Of a DNA stretch of 17,991 nucleotides, positions 15,455 to 17,991 are shown one piece after another. The stretch's first letter is position 1, and the number at the start of each line of letters is the position of its first letter. The position numbers were made by a program, and so were the translations under genes. Origin of the DNA: Candidatus Micrarchaeota archaeon (lineage in GTDB: Archaea; Micrarchaeota; Micrarchaeia; Norongarragalinales; SBBD01). Where the stretch lies: contig JBBSVW010000008.1 of the NCBI GenBank assembly GCA_038046605.1, forward strand, positions 1 to 17,991, given 5' to 3'. The notes under the pieces are model-generated. The model ran no database searches. It was not told the origin of the DNA and worked only from the letters and a program-made list of their open reading frames with translations.

Positions 15455-15892
15455 ATGGTTCAAGATAGAAGAATGGAGCAATTCAGGCAAGTCGACCATT
15501 CCTTGGTGCAAAAAACAATTGATGGAAAAAATGCGGGATTAAAGCCAGTTGACATCGTGTTGCATTATGTTGAAAGGAGGAGCGGTGATAGGCGCAGACA
15601 CGAAAGGACTTTAAAAAATTCAGTTAAATACTTATTTAGCTTGCATCCCCGTTTAGGAATGGGACAAGGCAGGCGAGCTGTTCTAGAATCGGTTGCTAAA
15701 ATGAAGCCTGCAGAGGTTAAGAAAAAGCCGGAAACGGAACTAATCAGGCTTGCGCAACAATTAACCAGCAGTCTAGAACGGCATGGTTATGTCGTATATC
15801 ATCCTCAAGACAAAGTCTTCATAATTCCAAAGGAACGAATAATGGTGATGCGTTTGGCAGGGAAATTAGTGCCCTACTATGCACAAAAATAA
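15455..15892 (+). CDS. Hypothetical Arg/Lys-rich basic protein (145 aa orphan)
   Basis: ATG with SD GGTGAT at 15446-15451 and TATA TTTTATAT at 15396-15403. No recognisable domain. Confidence 0.7.
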   Translation: MVQDRRMEQFRQVDHSLVQKTIDGKNAGLKPVDIVLHYVERRSGDRRRHERTLKNSVKYLFSLHPRLGMGQGRRAVLESVAKMKPAEVKKKPETELIRLAQQLTSSLERHGYVVYHPQDKVFIIPKERIMVMRLAGKLVPYYAQK

Positions 15893-15920
15893 AAGGGTGG
15901 CAAATGTTGCAAATTACAGC

Positions 15921-16340
15921 CTACTTTTTTCTTCTTTGGGATTCGACCGCCTTCCTAATCAGGCTCCTATGGTGCTCCTGCACCTTTTGCTCGTACTCCT
16001 CGATTGGAAAGATGATCTTGCCGGATTGGTAGATCATAAGGCCTAGTGTTGCAAGTCCCAGCCATATGAAGAAATTTGCAAGCGGCCCCATCATGACCCC
16101 GACATAATCCTGGAATTCAAATTCCTTCCCATCGGGCCCAACGCCTCCAAGGCTCCAGCCAAAGAGGAGCGGGATCTTATCGGGGTAATTTGTTGCGATT
16201 TCCGCCTTGCTTGCCTGTATGAATATCCCATATGAGGATTCGCCAACCTTTAGCAAGGAAGCTGCGAGTATGAAAACGCCAAGCAGCTTAAGCAAATGCA
16301 ATGTCTGCCCGCCGATCTTGAACCACATCATCCTTCTCAT
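15921..16340 (-). CDS. Hypothetical membrane protein, two TM helices and charged C-terminal helix (139 aa)
   Basis: Start reassigned to ATG 16340 (MRRMMWFKIGG) from SD GGTGA at 16346-16350 and TATA CTTATAAA at 16377-16384. TMs are LLGVFILAASLL and FFIWLGLATLGLMIY. Confidence 0.75.
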   Translation of the reverse strand: MRRMMWFKIGGQTLHLLKLLGVFILAASLLKVGESSYGIFIQASKAEIATNYPDKIPLLFGWSLGGVGPDGKEFEFQDYVGVMMGPLANFFIWLGLATLGLMIYQSGKIIFPIEEYEQKVQEHHRSLIRKAVESQRRKK

Positions 16341-16506
16341 AATTCTCACCCAACGATAAGCATAACCCTCGCCCGATTTATAAGCTTTTTCGAAGGCGCC
16401 AATATACCGGTCAAGACCCTCCGTACATAAGAATAAACGATCAATTCCTTTGTTCCCAAAAACGCCCTCATTAAAAAAGTGGAATTCCCATAATTTCTGG
16501 ATTGCA

Positions 16507-17556
16507 ATGAGAGTAATCCGTTTCGACCGCGACCTGAATGAGTTAAAATCGCAGGTTGAAAGCCTGGAGGATTTGTGGGCGCTGCAGAAATTAATCGAGC
16601 CCAAGGACGTAGTGCTAGCAACAAGCTTCCGCAGGTTCAAAAGCGAGGATAAGCTTAGGCCGGATTCGGGCGAAAAAAAGATGGTCCATCTGGAATTGGA
16701 AGTCGAAAGCATGGAAATAGCCGAGAGCGCAAACAAGCTTCGGGTTTCTGGCAAAATACTTTCTGGCAACCCCCCGGAATTTGCGCAAAAGGGCGCGTTC
16801 CATACCATAGACCTGGAGATGCAAACAACTTTTACACTAAGGAAAAGCGAATTCACAGCCTACCACCGCAAACTTATTGAGGAGGCCAAGAAAAAGGCAA
16901 GGCAGGTGAAAGCGCTAATTGTAGTGATGGATGAAAAGAAGGCGCTTTTTGCGATGCTTCGCAATAACGGGGTAAAATTTTCCTTTGAGCTTGAAAACAA
17001 TGCAAGCAAGCGCGATGTGAAGCAGTTCGAGGCGCAAAAAAAGGAGTTTTTTAGCGAGTTGCTAACCGCAATAGAAGCCGAAAAATCAGAGCGCATACTG
17101 GTTGCATCCCCTGGTTTTGCAAAAGATGAATTCAAGAAGTACGCCGCAGACAAAAACCCCAAGCTCGAGAAAACATTCGTATATGATCATGTGAGCAGCG
17201 CAGAAAAAACGGCGGTTTTTGAATTGCTAAAAAGAGGGGCGCTTGAAACCCTTGTGAAGGAGCAGAAGGTGCAGGCGGAATTTGAAATTCTGGAAAAGCT
17301 AAAAGCCTCGCTTGGGAAGGGTGATGGGCTTAACTGCTATGGCGTGGATGAAGTAAGAAAAGCCCTTGAAATGCGCGCAGTTGACACACTAATGATTGAA
17401 GATGACCTTCTTCGGAAGGACAAATCCCTCAATTCCCTCCTCACGCTTGCGGAAAATTCCGGCGTAAATATGGTGATTTTCAATTCCGAGGACGATGCCG
17501 GTAGGGAGTTTAGCGCATTCAAGGTGGCGGCGCTTTTGAGGTACAAAATAGAATAA
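16507..17556 (+). CDS. pelA: mRNA surveillance protein pelota (aDom34)
   Basis: ESLEDLWAL..LIEPKD, LRVSGKI, GAFHTID, SPGFAK (PGF motif), YGVDEV.KA...AVDTL, AALLRY. Start is ATG 16507. Confidence 0.95.
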   Translation: MRVIRFDRDLNELKSQVESLEDLWALQKLIEPKDVVLATSFRRFKSEDKLRPDSGEKKMVHLELEVESMEIAESANKLRVSGKILSGNPPEFAQKGAFHTIDLEMQTTFTLRKSEFTAYHRKLIEEAKKKARQVKALIVVMDEKKALFAMLRNNGVKFSFELENNASKRDVKQFEAQKKEFFSELLTAIEAEKSERILVASPGFAKDEFKKYAADKNPKLEKTFVYDHVSSAEKTAVFELLKRGALETLVKEQKVQAEFEILEKLKASLGKGDGLNCYGVDEVRKALEMRAVDTLMIEDDLLRKDKSLNSLLTLAENSGVNMVIFNSEDDAGREFSAFKVAALLRYKIE

Positions 17557-17567
17557 GCTGAGCTTAT

Positions 17568-17991
17568 ATGGAAGAGCCAAAAAAAGTGAGATTGGAGGAG
17601 GCGCTTAGACGAACACATAGCGATTGGAAATTGTTAAGGGAAAGGCTCAAATTGGATTCGCATCGCTTAAACATAGAAACCACCGGCAGGATCGTTAACG
17701 AGTATTCTCAAATGTGTGCAACCAAGGTTGCAAAAACTTATGGTGGGCCGAATGATATTGACGGCCCGATCCAGATTTTTATTGCGAAGCATATGGGTCA
17801 TGTTGTTGGGGAAAGACTAGGGTTGAAGCCTGAAGAGAAAAAATTGGTAGAACGCACTGTCGGCTATCTTATTCACAATCTTCCGCCCAGGGCATATATT
17901 GGAAGGAGGAAGGCTGCAGAAAGGCTCGCAGCAATGGGGGACCGGGGAGGTCTAATATACTCTGCGATGAGAGATGCCGAAAATGAATTGG
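17568..17991 (+). CDS. Hypothetical protein, 3'-truncated by the window end (MEEPKKVRLEEALRRTHSDWKLLRERLKLDSH...)
   Basis: Hand-translated: open for 141 codons from ATG 17568 to the window end with no stop, so it is absent from the ORF track. Confidence 0.65.
   Translation, partial: MEEPKKVRLEEALRRTHSDWKLLRERLKLDSHRLNIETTGRIVNEYSQMCATKVAKTYGGPNDIDGPIQIFIAKHMGHVVGERLGLKPEEKKLVERTVGYLIHNLPPRAYIGRRKAAERLAAMGDRGGLIYSAMRDAENEL

Noticed and set aside
16341-16856. Long 311-aa version of the minus-strand membrane protein
   Set aside because: The extension is antisense to pelota. SD and TATA point to ATG 16340.
1-17991. CRISPR array, tRNA/rRNA genes, IS element or integrase
   Set aside because: No regularly spaced direct repeats, cloverleaf/T-loop signatures, terminal inverted repeats or recombinase motifs were recognised by eye.

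Overview
Archaeal chromosomal segment: it has fibrillarin, pelota, a TrmB-family regulator, archaeal-type RibB/RibC/RibH, GGTGA Shine-Dalgarno (SD) motifs and TATA boxes. The gene mix and many short basic orphan ORFs suggest a DPANN-type archaeon such as Micrarchaeota, which is inference only. In order, the window holds the 3' part of a very large N-glycosylated, membrane-anchored surface protein, a MinD-family ATPase, LemA, an orphan, a stand-alone tRNA-binding OB-fold protein, a five-gene riboflavin cluster (ribB-ribC-ribH-ribA-ribD), two convergent orphans flanking fibrillarin, an unannotated 26-aa membrane micro-protein ORF, trmB divergent from a surface protein with a His-rich tail, SppA, an orphan, a 2-TM membrane protein, pelota and a truncated orphan. 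Main points of interest: (1) the riboflavin pathway is a hybrid of bacterial-type early enzymes (RibA, fused RibD) and archaeal-type late enzymes; (2) unrelated AT-richer orphan genes share a 5' leader architecture, and one has ACG exactly where the start codon should be; (3) SppA has Trp in place of its catalytic Ser; (4) a TACT-N7-AGTA palindrome lies between the divergent trmB and surface-protein promoters; (5) the 26-aa micro-protein. No rRNA, tRNA, CRISPR array or transposase was recognised.
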